Below are positions 51,967 to 64,000 of a DNA stretch of 64,000 nt, piece by piece. Source of the stretch: Mobula hypostoma (Eukaryota); NCBI RefSeq assembly GCF_963921235.1, contig NC_086106.1:21142001-21206000 (forward strand). Direction: 5' to 3'. How positions within the stretch are numbered: the first letter of the stretch is position 1; each line of letters begins with the position of its first letter. The notes beneath the pieces are model-generated. The model was given only the letters and a program-made list of their open reading frames with translations, searched no databases and was not told the DNA's origin. A program made the position numbers and the translations under genes.

Positions 51967-53201
51967 GCTACGCTACCTCCGAATTACCTTTGTGCGAGAA
52001 AGCGTCTGGGTAATGATCAATAGCTATGGTTCTGTTTCCTTTCAAACTCTTTGCAACTGATGAGAAAGGTCCTCCCTGGCTGTTTTAACGTCAACAGGAG
52101 TAATGCCTCGTTCTTTAAATAAATACGAAAGGATAGGGGAGCTGCGAAAAGGAAATGATACAATTGACACGTGCCAGGGTGAAAAGATGTCCCATCAAGA
52201 TAACTGAGAGTGTCACTAGTTTTTTAAATGCATCGTCAGCCATGTCCAGATGTTTCCAGGAATGGAGTCAAAGTGATAGAGAATGGGAAAAAAAGTGTCA
52301 GAAATGGAAAAAAGTGATTTTAATGGCACTGTGAAGTTGGAGGGAGAGTTGATGAAATTGAATTGTTTGTTTACGAGATAATGTGTGCGATTAACTCAGA
52401 TTACAGTCTAGCTAACTTCGACAAAATGTTTTTTTTTTCTGTACACACGATAACATTACTTGCAGTATCAACAAAGTCAGCTGCGAGAAAACTCATTCAA
52501 CTGTGCCTGCAATGACATGCATATGAGCTGATGTACTTCAGCCCCGGTGTGAGAACATCGTCGGCCTTCCTTAATTAAAATTGTTGCTGATGGACTGAGA
52601 ACCAACTTTATTCAATGGATTTTGGAGGTGCGGATTATAGATGAGAGCTTGGGAGAATGTGTTAATTTATTTCAAGAGACATTCAAGAAAGTCATGCAGC
52701 GTAGTATCAGCAATAAAGCGATACCAGCTGTCTGTCTCTTTTTAATCTGATATCCTTCTCCAAAGCTCATAATATCATTATCACTCACATTCACTCTAAC
52801 ACTCGCTATAACCGACTATCTTTGGGTCATGGGACTATATTTGGGTCATGGGAAAAAAAAAATAACTAACTGTTTGAAGGCAGGCACAGAAGCACACAAT
52901 CAGACAGAAACCGTTGCCGCGCCTCCCATTGTCCGGAGATGGATGGTAATGCTTTCGTGATGCCTTCATTTCCTAATCCAGAAACGAAAAGGTCAGTTTA
53001 TGAGGTCGTAGGGCAGCATTTCTCTGCAGCACATCACCACTATCAGGTGCCTACCGGGACCTAATGCACAATAAGCTTATAAACCATTTTATAATCTCAA
53101 TTTCTGAAAGATTAACATAAATGTGATGGAACAATTATCCTTTGCCAGACGGTGGTAAATTAAGTGTGTCCGTGAGAAGGTATATATGAATGCGTGAATG
53201 C

Positions 53202-53204
<3 letters not shown>

Positions 53205-53256
<52 letters not shown>

Positions 53257-53259
53257 TGT
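53205..53259 (+). repeat. (GT)n microsatellite
   Basis: About 25 GT units with one interruption. Confidence 0.95.
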
Positions 53260-53399
53260 TTCTTTGCGTGCAGCAGTATCCGGATGTACCAGAACAATCG
53301 CAGATACTGTGAAAAACTGAAATGTTAAAACGGTGCCTATTGTTAAAAAATATGCGGGATCACTGAGATTCTAAAGCAGGTTCACTATTGCTCGAATTA

Positions 53400-55810
53400 T
53401 GCCACTAGTTACCAAATGTGGCTATTATTTTTAACCACATCAGACGGAACGGGAGAAGTAACAGGTCATAGTATACTTGGTATTTGATTCGGATATGACC
53501 ATAAGATTATAAGCTATAGAAACAGATATTAGGGTTTTTGGCCAACCGATTCTGCTCTGCCATTCAATCATGGCTGATCCATTTTGTACTCCCCCTATAC
53601 CCCATTTCCCGCCTTCTCCCCGTAAACTTTGATGCTCAGTATCTATCAATCTCTCCCTTAAATACAGCACACGACTTGGCCACCACAGATACATGTGGCA
53701 ATAATTTGCACATTTCACCACCGTCTGGCAAAATAAATTTCTCTGCACCTCTGCTTGTTTTTTAATAGTCGCCCCACTATCCTGAGGCTCTGCCCTCTTG
53801 TCCTACTGTCTGCCACCAATGGAAACATCCATTCGATATCTAATTTGGCAAGGACATTCAACATTCGAAAGTTGTCAATGAGATTCCCTCATCCTTCTGA
53901 ATTGCAGAGAGTACAGACCCACAGCCATCAAAATTTCCCGTAGGATAACGCTTTTATTCCTCGAATAATCCTGATGAAACTGCTCTGAATCATCTCTAAT
54001 AATAGCACTTTTTTTTAAAATTAACAGCCCAAAATTATTCACAATAATCAAGGCCTCACCAGCGCCTATAAATTATTTGCATAACATCCCGGCACTTGCG
54101 TTCTAGAACTCTGAAATGAATGCTGATATTGCAGATGCCTTCCTCGCCACCGCCTCAACCCATAAGTTAACCTTCATTAGGTTCTGCACAAGAACTCTGA
54201 AGTGCCTGTACATTTTAGAGTTTTCGATTTTCTCTCCGTTTAGAAAGTAGTTCGAAAATATATTTCTGCTAGCAAAGCGCATGCCCATTCATTTTCCAAC
54301 ACCATATTCCATTTGCCACAGTCTTGCCCATTCTCCTCATCTGTCTGATTCCTTCTGCATCCGACGTGTTTCGTCTACACTTCCCACTTCTTCCACTAAT
54401 CTTCGTATCATCTGCAATGCCGACCAAATAGCTGAGTATTCCATCATCTAAATCATTTATGCACAGCATAAACAGAACCGGTATGAGCACTGATCCATGC
54501 GCAAAACCACCAGACACTGACAGCGAAACGGAAAATGATCCATTTTTTCCCCACTCGCCTCCTCCTTTCAATCAACCAAGGATCTAACGTTCCTCTAATG
54601 CAACAAGCTCTGAACGTGGTAAGCAACCTCATGTGGGCACCTCGTCAAAGGGCTTCTGAAAAGTCCAAATATACAACATCTACTACATCCCCTTTATCTA
54701 TCCTACTTGTAATCCTCTCAAGGAATACCAACAGGTTTGTCTGGCAAGATTTCCATTAAGGAAATCATACTGACTTTTTTCTATCTTGTCCCGTGTCACA
54801 AAGTACTCCATCACTTCAGCCTCAACAATTAAATCTATCATCTTCTCAGCCACAGAGGTCAGGCTAAATTGTCTACAATTTCCTTTATTCTGCTTTCTTT
54901 CTCTCTTAAACAGTGGACTGAAATTTCAAAATTTCCAGTCCTCTGTCACAATGCCGGAGTCAAATGATATTTGTATGATCATTGATAATGCAGCCACAAT
55001 CTCTGAAGCTACTTTTTTCAGACACCTAGGGTGACTTATGTATCTTTCGGTCTTCCAGTATTTTTAGTACCTTCTCCCATGTAATATTAACTACACCCTG
55101 TTCTCTTCATTCATATATTACAGCATCTGTCACACTGCTAGTGTCTTCAACAGTATAAACTGATGGCAAAATACTCATTTCGCTCATCTGCCATATCCTT
55201 TTACCCCGTTATTATTTCTTTGCCTCATTTGATGCCGGTGCTATATCCACTCTCATTTTTCTTTTATGTTTTACATTATTGAAAAAAAACGTTTACGATC
55301 CACTTTGATATTATCTGCAAGCTTGCTTTCATGTGTCTTCTTTCCCCTTCGAATCATTCTCTCAGTTGCTCTCTGCAGCTTTTTAAACAATTCCCAATCC
55401 TGTATCTTTCCACAATTTTTTGTTTTGTTGTACGCCTCCCTTTCGTTTTAGAGTAGTTTTGACTTCAGTTATAAGCAACGATTGTACAATATTACCATGT
55501 GAGTATTTCTTCATTTTTGGAGTAAACATGTCCTTCCTCATTTTACCCAGAAACGGACGCCATTTCGGCTCTACGAACAATCCTGCGAGCAGCTCCTTCC
55601 AATTAACTTTGGCAAAAACCTCTTTACGCGAGAATTTCCTACTTCCTTATCAAAATTACAAGTTGAACTCAATCACAAAGTGATCACTTGCTCCTAAGTG
55701 TTCTTTTACCTTAAGCTCCCTAATCGACCCCTGTTCATTACATAACATCATTCCTGTATAGCTGATCCCATAATAGGCTTAACGATAATCTGCTGAAAAA
55801 AAAAATCTCT
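53400..55810 (-). mobile_element. CR1 LINE, degenerate and internally deleted
   Basis: GFAHGSVLIPVLFMLCINDLD...ADDTKISG and a 3' end at about 53.5-53.7 kb. Confidence 0.85.
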
Positions 55811-56174
55811 TAGGCATTCAACAAACTCACTGTCCATTATCAATGTGATTTTCCGAATCGACGCGCATGCTAAAATAAGGATTCGGCAATTGCGCTCGTG
55901 AATATGCGTGTGTCAGATAAATATAATTTCATTTTGATACTATTTAACTCTATTCCTTACGTCGTAATGTTTGTCGAGACGTGAACCAAGGAAACAGCAA
56001 CACTTTGCTGTCTGCACTACGCCTTGTCTGAGAAACTGGACTGTATGGTCATCTGAATCTGAAGACTATCGGTATTTGTTTAATTCTTATTTGTTCTTCT
56101 CTACCCTAGCATGGGTTTCGTTTTCCATTTAGAATTTTAGTTAACGGCCTGTTTGACTCAGCGTTGATTTGTAT

Positions 56175-59100
56175 ATAGAACATAGAATAGTACAGCACAG
56201 TACAGGCCTTTCGGCCCACAATGTTGTGCCGACCCTCAAACCCTGCCTCCCATATAACCCCCCGCCTTAAATTCCTCCATATACCTGTCTAGTAGTCTCT
56301 TAAACTTCACTAGTATATCTGCCTCCACCACTGACTCAGGCATTGCATTCCACGCACCAACCACTCTCTGAGTAAAAAAAAAACTTCCTGTAATATCCCC
56401 CATGAACTTTTCACTCCTTACCTTAAAGCCATGACCTCTTGTATTGAGCAGTGGTGCCCTGGGGAAGAGGCGCTGGCTATCCACTCTGCCTATTCTTCTT
56501 AGTATCATGTACACCTCTATCATGTCTCCTCTCATCCTCCTTCTCTCCAAAGCGTAAAGTCCTAGCTCTCTTAATCTCTGATCATAATGCCTACTTTCTA
56601 AACCAGGCAGCATCCTAGTAAATCTCCTCTGTAACCTTTCAAATGCTTCAACATCCTTCCTATAGTGAGGTGACCAGAACTGGACATAGTACTCCAAGTG
56701 TGGCCTAAACAGAGTTTTATAGAGCTGCATCATTACATCGCGACTCTTAAACCCTATCCCTCGACTTATGAAAGCTAACATCCCATAAGCTTTCTTAACT
56801 ACCCTATCCACCTGTGAGGCAGCTTTCAGGGATCTGTGGACATGTACCCCGAGATCCCTCTGCTCCTCCACAATACCAAGTATTCTGCCATTTACTTTGT
56901 ACTCAGCTTTGGAGTTTGTCCTTCTAAAGTGTACCACCTCACACTTCTCCGGGTTGAACTCCATCTGCCACTTCTCAGCCCACATCTGCATCCTATCGAT
57001 GTATCTCTGCAATCTTTGACAATCCTCTACACTATCTACAACACCACCAACCTTTGTGTCGTCTGCAAACTTGCTAGCCCACCCTTCTAACCCCATATCC
57101 AGGTCCTTAATAAAAATCACGAAAAGTAGAGGTCCCAAAACAGATCCTTGTGGTACACCACTAGTCACAATCCTCCAATCTGAATGTACTCCCTCCACCA
57201 CCACCCTCTGCCTTCTGCAGGCAAGCCCATTCTGAATCTATCTGGCTAAACTTCCCTGGATCCCATGCCTTCTAACTTTCTGAATAAGCCTGCCGTGTGG
57301 AACCTTGTCAAGTGCCTTACTAAAATCCAGATAGATCACATCCACTGCACTACCCTCATGTATATGCCTGGACACCTCCTCAACGAACTATATCAGGCTT
57401 GTTAGACACGATCTGCACTTCACAAAGCCATGCTGACTGTCCCTGATCAGACCATGATTCTCTAAATGCCTATAGATCCTATCTGTAAGAATCTTTTCCA
57501 AAAGCTTTCCCACCACAGACGTTATGCTCACTGGTATATAATTACCCGGACTATCCCTACTACCTTTTTTGAGCAAGGGGACATCATTCGCCTCCCTCCA
57601 ATCCTCCGGTACCATTCCGGTGGGTAATGGGGACGTAAAGATCCTAGGCAGAGGCTCAGCAATCTCTTTTCTCGCCTCGTGGAAAGCCTGGGGAATATTC
57701 CGTCAGGTCCCGGGGCCTTATATGTCTTAATGTATTTTAACAACTCCAACACCTCCTCTCCCTTAATATCAATATGCTCCAGAACATCAACCTCGTTCAT
57801 ACTGTCCTCACTATATTCAAGTTCCGTCTCATTGGTGAACACCGCAGATAAGTATTCATTGAGGACCTCGCTCACTTCCACAGCCTCCAGGCACATCTTC
57901 CCACCTTTCTCTCTAACCGTCCTACCTTCACTCCTGTCATCCTTTTTTTCTTCACATAATTGAAGAATGCCTACAACAGGAATTCTGCAGATGCTGGAAA
58001 TTCAAGCAACACACATCAAAGATGCTGGTGAACGCAGCAGGCCAGGCAGCATCTATAGGAAGAGGCGCAGTCGTGAAACGTCGACTGCGCCTCTTCCTAT
58101 AGATGCTGCCTGGCCTGCTGCGTTCACCAGCAACTTTGATGTGTGTTGCTTGAAGAATGCCTTCCAGTTTTCCTTTACCCTACTCGCCAAGGCCTTCTCA
58201 TGCCCCGTTCTTGCTCTTCTCAGCCCCTACTTAAGCTTCTTTCTTGCTTCCCTATATTCCTCAATAGACCCATCTGATTATGGCTTCCTAAACCTCATGT
58301 ATGCTGCCTTCTTCCGCCTGACTAGATTTTCCACCTCACGTATCACCCCTGGTTCCTTCACCCTACCATTCTTTATCTTCCTCACCGGGACAAATTTATC
58401 CCTTACGTCCCGCAAGAGATCTCTAAACATCGACCACATGTCGATAGTACATTTCCCTGCCAAAACATCATCCCAATTCACACCGGCAAGTTCTGGCTTT
58501 TCTAGCATCATAATTTGCCTTCCCCAGTTAAAAATTTCCCTGTCCTCTCTGATTCTAGCCTTTTCCACGATAATGCTAAAGGCCAGGGAGCAGTGGTCAC
58601 TGTCACCCAGATGCTCACCCACTGAGAGATCTGTGACCTGACCCGGTTCATTACCTATTACTAGATCTAGTATGGCATTCCCCCTGGTCGGTCTGTCCAC
58701 ATACTGTGACAGGAATCCATCCTGGACACACTTCACAAACTCTGCCCCATCTAAACCCTTGGAACTAATCAGGTGCCAATCAATATTAGGGCTTTAAAGT
58801 CACTAATGATAACAACCCTGTTATTTTTGCACCTTTCTAAAATCTGCCTCCCAATCTGCTCCTCTGTATCTCTGCTGCTACCGGGGGCCTATAGAGTACC
58901 CCCAGTAGAGTAACTTCTCCCTTTCTGTTCCTGGCTTCCACCCATATTAACTCAAAACAGGATCCTGCTACATTACCCACCCTTTCTGTAGCTGTAATAG
59001 TATCCCTGACCAGTAATGCCACCCCTCCTCCCCTTTTTCCGCCCTCTCTGTCCGTTTAAAGCACTGAAATCCAGGAATATTGAGAATCCATTCCTGCCCT

Positions 59101-59580
59101 GGTGCCAGCTAAGTCTCTGTAATGGCCACTACATCATAATTCCGTGTATGTATCCAAGCTCTCAATTCATCACCTTTGTTCCTGATGCTTCTTGCATTGG
59201 GGTACACAGATTTCAGCTCTTCTACCTTACTGTCTTTATACCGTTTATTCTGCTTCTCTTTCCTCAAAGCCTCTCTGTATATTAGATCTGGCTTTACTCC
59301 ATGCACTTCTTTCACTGCTCTATCGCTCTGGGTCGCAACCCCTGGCAAATTAGTTTAAACCCTCCCGAACCATGCTAGCAAACCTACCTGCAAGGATATT
59401 GCTCCCCCTCGAGTTCAGGTGTAAACCATCCAATCTGTACAGGTCCCAAGTTCCCCAGAAGAGATTCCAATGATCTAAAAATCTAAAACCCTGCTCCCTG
59501 CAACAACTCCTCAGCCACGCATTCAACTGCCATCTCCTCCAAATCTTACCATCACTGTCACGTAGCACTGGCAACAATTC
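56175..59580 (-). mobile_element. Near-full-length CR1 LINE (ORF1 esterase, EN, RT)
   Basis: 322-aa intact RT/C-terminal ORF (56236-57204), EN fragments (NARSIRNK, PTRGNAILDLV) and ORF1 C-terminus (FLDHWNLFWG...DGLHL). Interrupted at about 57973. Confidence 0.95.
57973..58154. repeat. Palindromic insertion: 73-bp arms, 8-nt loop, about 13-bp target-site duplication
   Basis: 58001-58073 and 58082-58154 are inverted with one mismatch. ttgaagaatgcct occurs at 57960-57972 and 58150-58162. Confidence 0.9.
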
Positions 59581-60659
59581 TGAGAACGTCATCCTGAGAT
59601 TGTTTTCTTTCGCTTTAACACTTCGCATTAAAGTCTGTGATCTATCGACCTGCTTCAGCATCTCTCACTTTGCACCTGGGCCATATCCGCACAGGGTGGC
59701 ATGCAGTTTCTTCACTGAACCCACAAGGTTTTAATGTCTTCCAGTCCAATGCCACATCATTCTACTGTTTAATATCGACATATTCTACGCATTTCCCTTC
59801 CATGCCTTCTCGACTATATTGTGTCAATTGTGTCATGATGTGGCTAATTTTGATTTTTCTGGCAAGCAGTTGTAATTTCCGTTTCATACATCAACGTGAC
59901 CTGCGATGCAAATACAATTTCATATCACCTTAATCATGTGGCCCTTCCACCCAACTTTTGAGTTTGTTGATCATACTGTCAGACGTGACCTGCCTTTGCC
60001 TTTTGACAATTGCAGTCGATCGTCCCTGTACCTGGATTGCATTGGTTGGACAGCAACATAACGGTAATAAGCTCAGGATACCTGAGTGTCTTTGTTTACT
60101 GAGGGTTTCCCTGTCAACACAGTTATTGAGGTACGGATCATCGAGTGGAATTAATGAGATATTGGCATGGAGAAAATAACGTGAAACAGCCTCGTCATAC
60201 TACTCCTGCTTTATGTCACTTGTGCTGAGAAATTCCTCTTAATAAAGCAGTATAACTTCATGGATTATGTAAGCCTGATAGTTGATGGTAGAATGCGTTT
60301 GGTTTCGGGTTCATGTCCTTGGCAAAGTGATATCGATGGTTAAAATTTGTATGCTTTACAACAGACATCAGCCTTGAAGATACAGAGGAGCACTCGAAAC
60401 ATAAAATGTTTTTTGAAGATTGACAACAGAAGAAGAAACAGAACATGTGTGCTGTTCTGTAATGGAAAGCGTCATCGAATAGCTAGATACACAGAAGAAA
60501 TGTACAGGCAAGATAGCTGTCAGTCCCGTAGTTTTACGAAAAAAGTCGATGAAGAACATTTCTCCAGGAATAGAGACTGAGAATGCGAGAAAGGGCAGTT
60601 GTCAGACATATATATATATTTTTTTCTGAATTTGCATTGTGTCCTGTTCTTTGCATCTC

Positions 60660-61190
60660 TGTGATCAAGGTCTAGCCACTCCCAGTCTGTAGCAGCAATG
60701 CCTCATACGCTGCCGACGTTGCTTCTATCCTCATGGCATGAACACATTTTTTTTTCTTATTTCTTCATTCTACTACTTCTCTCTTTATTTCATTCAGCAC
60801 TCTGACTCTTGTCTTACAACTTGTCTTCTCTTCACTTGCTCAGCACCACCCTCTAGTAACCCGGCTCGTCTCCTTACTCGCATGGTCCACTGACATCTCC
60901 AATCAGGTTACTTTGTCTGCTGCCCTTTAAGTTTTTCATTTATCACTTAACAGCTGCTCACCTAATTTTCCTAACCTCCCTCTAACCTTTCCCTTTGCCT
61001 CGTATAACATTGCACGCTTCCCTTCACACAACTTATTTAGCTGGCTTATTTGTCCTTTGTTTCCTCGTCTAGTGGAAGTTGCCGGCCCAAAATATCAACC
61101 TTTTATTCCTCTCCATCGGTGGTGCCTAACGTATTGGGTTCCCCAAACAGTTTGCCTGTGTTCCCCTGGATTTCCAGGATATAAACATCT
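60660..61190 (+). mobile_element. Degenerate Penelope-type terminal repeat
   Basis: A pyrimidine-rich tract followed by ggcccaaaatatc...ggtgcctaac...ctggatttccag, a decayed relative of the 58-kb arm sequence. Confidence 0.5.
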
Positions 61191-61392
61191 CTTGTGGCCA
61201 TTTGACAATACATTTATCGTTGACATTAATTTCCTCTGTCTCAAATACGATAGAAGAGTACGACAGTTCAGATCACTTGGTGCTGAGAGGATGCGACACC
61301 TTCCGGTTACTAGGAGAAGCATGCCCAAGAGTTTGCTAAGTGAGAACGAAGAGACGGGTTTCGAATAAGCACATTGAACACTTATTTTCGAC

Positions 61393-64000
61393 TGTTACCC
61401 GTCCCATGAGTATCTAGTGAATATGGTGTATTTGGCTGATGCGATTGGAATAATGAAATGGTTTTGTGCCATTTGAATGATGTAACTGTCTTGTGATAGT
61501 GGGGGTTGTGACATGATGTCACGTGATAGTATGTTCTAACTGCTGCTGAGTCATAACATTTGCGGGAGCTCGTCGTGATTTGAAACAATTTAAAGTTTAA
61601 TTTGTTGATTAATTAACGATCTGATTGAAAAAGGGGAAACAATCGATTCCTTTTTTTGATTGGTTTGTGTGTGCTAATCAGCAGCAATGAATATTGACGG
61701 CTTTCTGCCGTCACCAGCCCCGACGGTATTAGATAAGTCGAAAAAAAGCTGATGTATTAGAGATCGGGAGAAGGTTGGACCATAAAGGAATATCGACGGT
61801 TACAACTAAGCTAGTAATTCAGAGAAAAATGGCGGAACACTATATGCATTGCGGAGTTTTTGTGGAAGCAGAGCTAGATAAGTTTCCTGTAAGTAAAGAA
61901 GCGATCCAGTTACACCTGGAACAAGTAGCGTTAGAGAAGCTTAGATTAGAAGCTGAGTTAAAACAGAAACAATTAGAAGCTGACTTGGAACGAATTCGGT
62001 TAGAAACTGCAAATAAACAGAGGGAATTTGAAGCTAAAGAAGCAGAGAAAAGAGGGGAGTTTGAGCTACTGATAACGCAGTTAGTGTCCAGAATCAATCT
62101 TCTGGTTCTAGGAAACTGTTTCTTGCTATTCAGGAAAATAAATTCGTTCCTCTATTTAATAAGGTGGAAGTTAATAAATACCTCCAGCCTTTTGAGACTG
62201 TTTCTCTGATTTCAGAGTGGCCGAAAGAAAAATGGCCAGTGCTTATACAAAGTGTAATTACAGGTAACGCACAACAGGTTTATACAACTGAAACTGCTGA
62301 GTAAGCACGTGATTATGATACTGTGAAGCACTGTATACTTAAAACTTATGAAGTGGTTCCGGAAGATTATAGAGAAAGATTTAGGAAATTGAAGAAATCT
62401 GTGAACCAAACTTATATTGAATTTGCCTGTGATATATGAGTGTGTTTTGCGTGATGGGTCAACTCTGAAAATGTGAGTGATGAGTATGACAACTTGAAAG
62501 AATTGGTTATACTTGAGGAATTTCAAAGATGCGTCGTATTGACATAAAGATATACTCGAATGAGAGGGACACTGCTATATTGCAGGAGTCTGGTAAATTA
62601 GCAGAGGAGTATGATTTAATTCATAAGAGTAAATTTACTCCGAGTAAAACTTTCCAAAAAGTAGACTGGATAATCAGGGTAACCCAGAAAGTAAATAGGA
62701 AGCTCGTGATAACGGTAAGAATGAAGGGAAGCAAGTGAAAGAGAAACATGTTTGTCTTAATTGTTAATGTTGTAAGAAACCTTGTCATGTTATGGCTAAC
62801 TGTTTCCATTTGAAGAAGAGGGAAAAGGAAGCAGTTCCAGATGTCTGCGTTGAACATTTCAAACGCCCAGAAACCTACAGGGTTCGGGACTTTCAAAGGA
62901 AGCTTTGTCCAGGTTTGACGAGTTTAAGAAATGATTCGATCATTTCATGTCAGGAGCATTTGTTTTGGTGAATAGAAGTTCCCCTCCGGTACCAATAAAA
63001 AATCTTCGGGATACTGGTGCTTATCAGTCACTAATGTTAGACAGTGTTCCAGAGTTTTATGATGTGACTGACAGGGGTGAGGTAAATCTTATACGAGGTA
63101 CTGAGGGCAACCTTATGTCTGTACCTCTGCACAAAAGAGTTTAAAAGCCAGGATTAGCTTCAGGATCTGTTAAAGTAGGATTGCGACCCAGTTTACCGGT
63201 GGATGGTGTTTCTTTATTGTTAAAGAATGACCTAGCAGGAGGAAATGTTGTTGCTGCAGTGTAGATGACAACTAAGCCAATCGCTGATGATCCAAAACAT
63301 GGATTCTAACATATATATATATATCAGCGGTACAATAACCCGAACTATGAAATAAAAATGTCTGCCGAGATAGTGGATTCTGTGATCTGCTGATTATTTT
63401 GTGTTTAGGGTTCTGTACAGCATGGGTCTTTGAAACAGGACAATTCAAATAAGAATTCAGAGATTGATAATTTGTCAATAACTTTTCCACCTTCATTATT
63501 TGATCAAGATCGTTGTAATAAATCTGAACTTAAACAATTTTCCTTGCCTTGGAAGGAGATTATAGTGGAGCAAAGCAAAGACACTGGGATTGCCACTTTA
63601 AGAGAGCAAGCTCGCCCAGGTAACAAGATTGCGAAGGTGCCAATAGGGTATTATTTCAAGAGTCGAGTATTAATGAGGACGTGGAGACCACCTAAGATTC
63701 CTGCCAGAGAGGATTGGGCCGTTTTTCACCAGGTAGTGGTTCGGAAAGTTTATCAGAATGAAATGCTAACTTTGGCTGAAAATATAGCCTTGGAGAGACA
63801 TTTTGGTATGAAGAAAACTGTGAACAGGGTTTTTAAACATTTTTATTGGCCTGGTTTGAAGACAGATGTGAAGACATTTTGCCGAAACTGTCACACTTGT
63901 CAGGTTGTAAGTAAACCTAATCAAGTCACCCGAGTGGCCCCGTTACAACCAATTCCTGCATTTGGTAAGCCGTTTTCGAAAGTTATTGTAGATTGAGTTG
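61393..64000 (+). mobile_element. Gmr1-like Gypsy LTR retrotransposon (5' part), degenerate
   Basis: LTR-like TGTT...ATAACA (61393-61558) followed by a decayed tRNA-Pro-type PBS (ttTGCGGGAGCTCGTC). Then a capsid/SCAN-like gag, a CCHC knuckle (about 62760-62810), protease (LRDTGAYQSL), and directly the integrase Zn finger (HFG..KT...HFYWPGLKTDV...CRNCHTCQ). Confidence 0.85.

Noticed and set aside
57967-58641. 224-aa plus-strand ORF and similar long antisense ORFs (e.g. 39498-39935, 32484-32978)
   Set aside because: Antisense shadows of CR1/Gypsy coding sequence, with no independent protein features.
1-64000. rRNA, true tRNA genes, CRISPR arrays, TCR/Ig constant exons
   Set aside because: None seen; the tRNA-like boxes belong to SINE heads.

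Overview
Eukaryotic, intron-containing and very repeat-rich DNA, most likely from a cartilaginous fish. The antigen-receptor genes and the CR1/SINE repeat types point there; a ray or other elasmobranch is my inference, not proven. The window looks like part of a T-cell receptor alpha/delta (TCRAD-type) V region, and every confidently called gene segment is on the minus strand. The main feature is an apparently complete NAR-TCR-type cassette at about 48.7-51.9 kb, reading leader, IgNAR-like V (23/24-RSS), D (12/12-RSS), J (23-RSS), then a leaderless supporting TCR V-delta with a perfect 23-RSS. The J splices in frame to the supporting V, and each V carries an extra Cys. Oddities of the cassette are a second 23-RSS with a D-like 7-mer directly behind the supporting-V RSS, a 31-nt Tyr-rich germline tail on the NAR V, an orphan 12-RSS, Trp-to-Phe at the conserved V Trp, and a 1-nt frameshift in the leader. 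A second, intact conventional TCR V with a 23-RSS lies at about 19 kb. It is preceded by a NAR-type leader exon and a decayed V-like exon. Most of the rest is degenerate mobile elements: many CR1 LINEs, an L1-clade LINE, Rex/Babar-like LINEs, Tc1, two identifiable Gypsy elements (one Gmr1-like), a Dong/R4-like fragment, SINEs and Penelope-type palindromes. Most short ORFs in the supplied track are fragments of these. Repeat boundaries are approximate; V/D/J/RSS coordinates were counted by hand.
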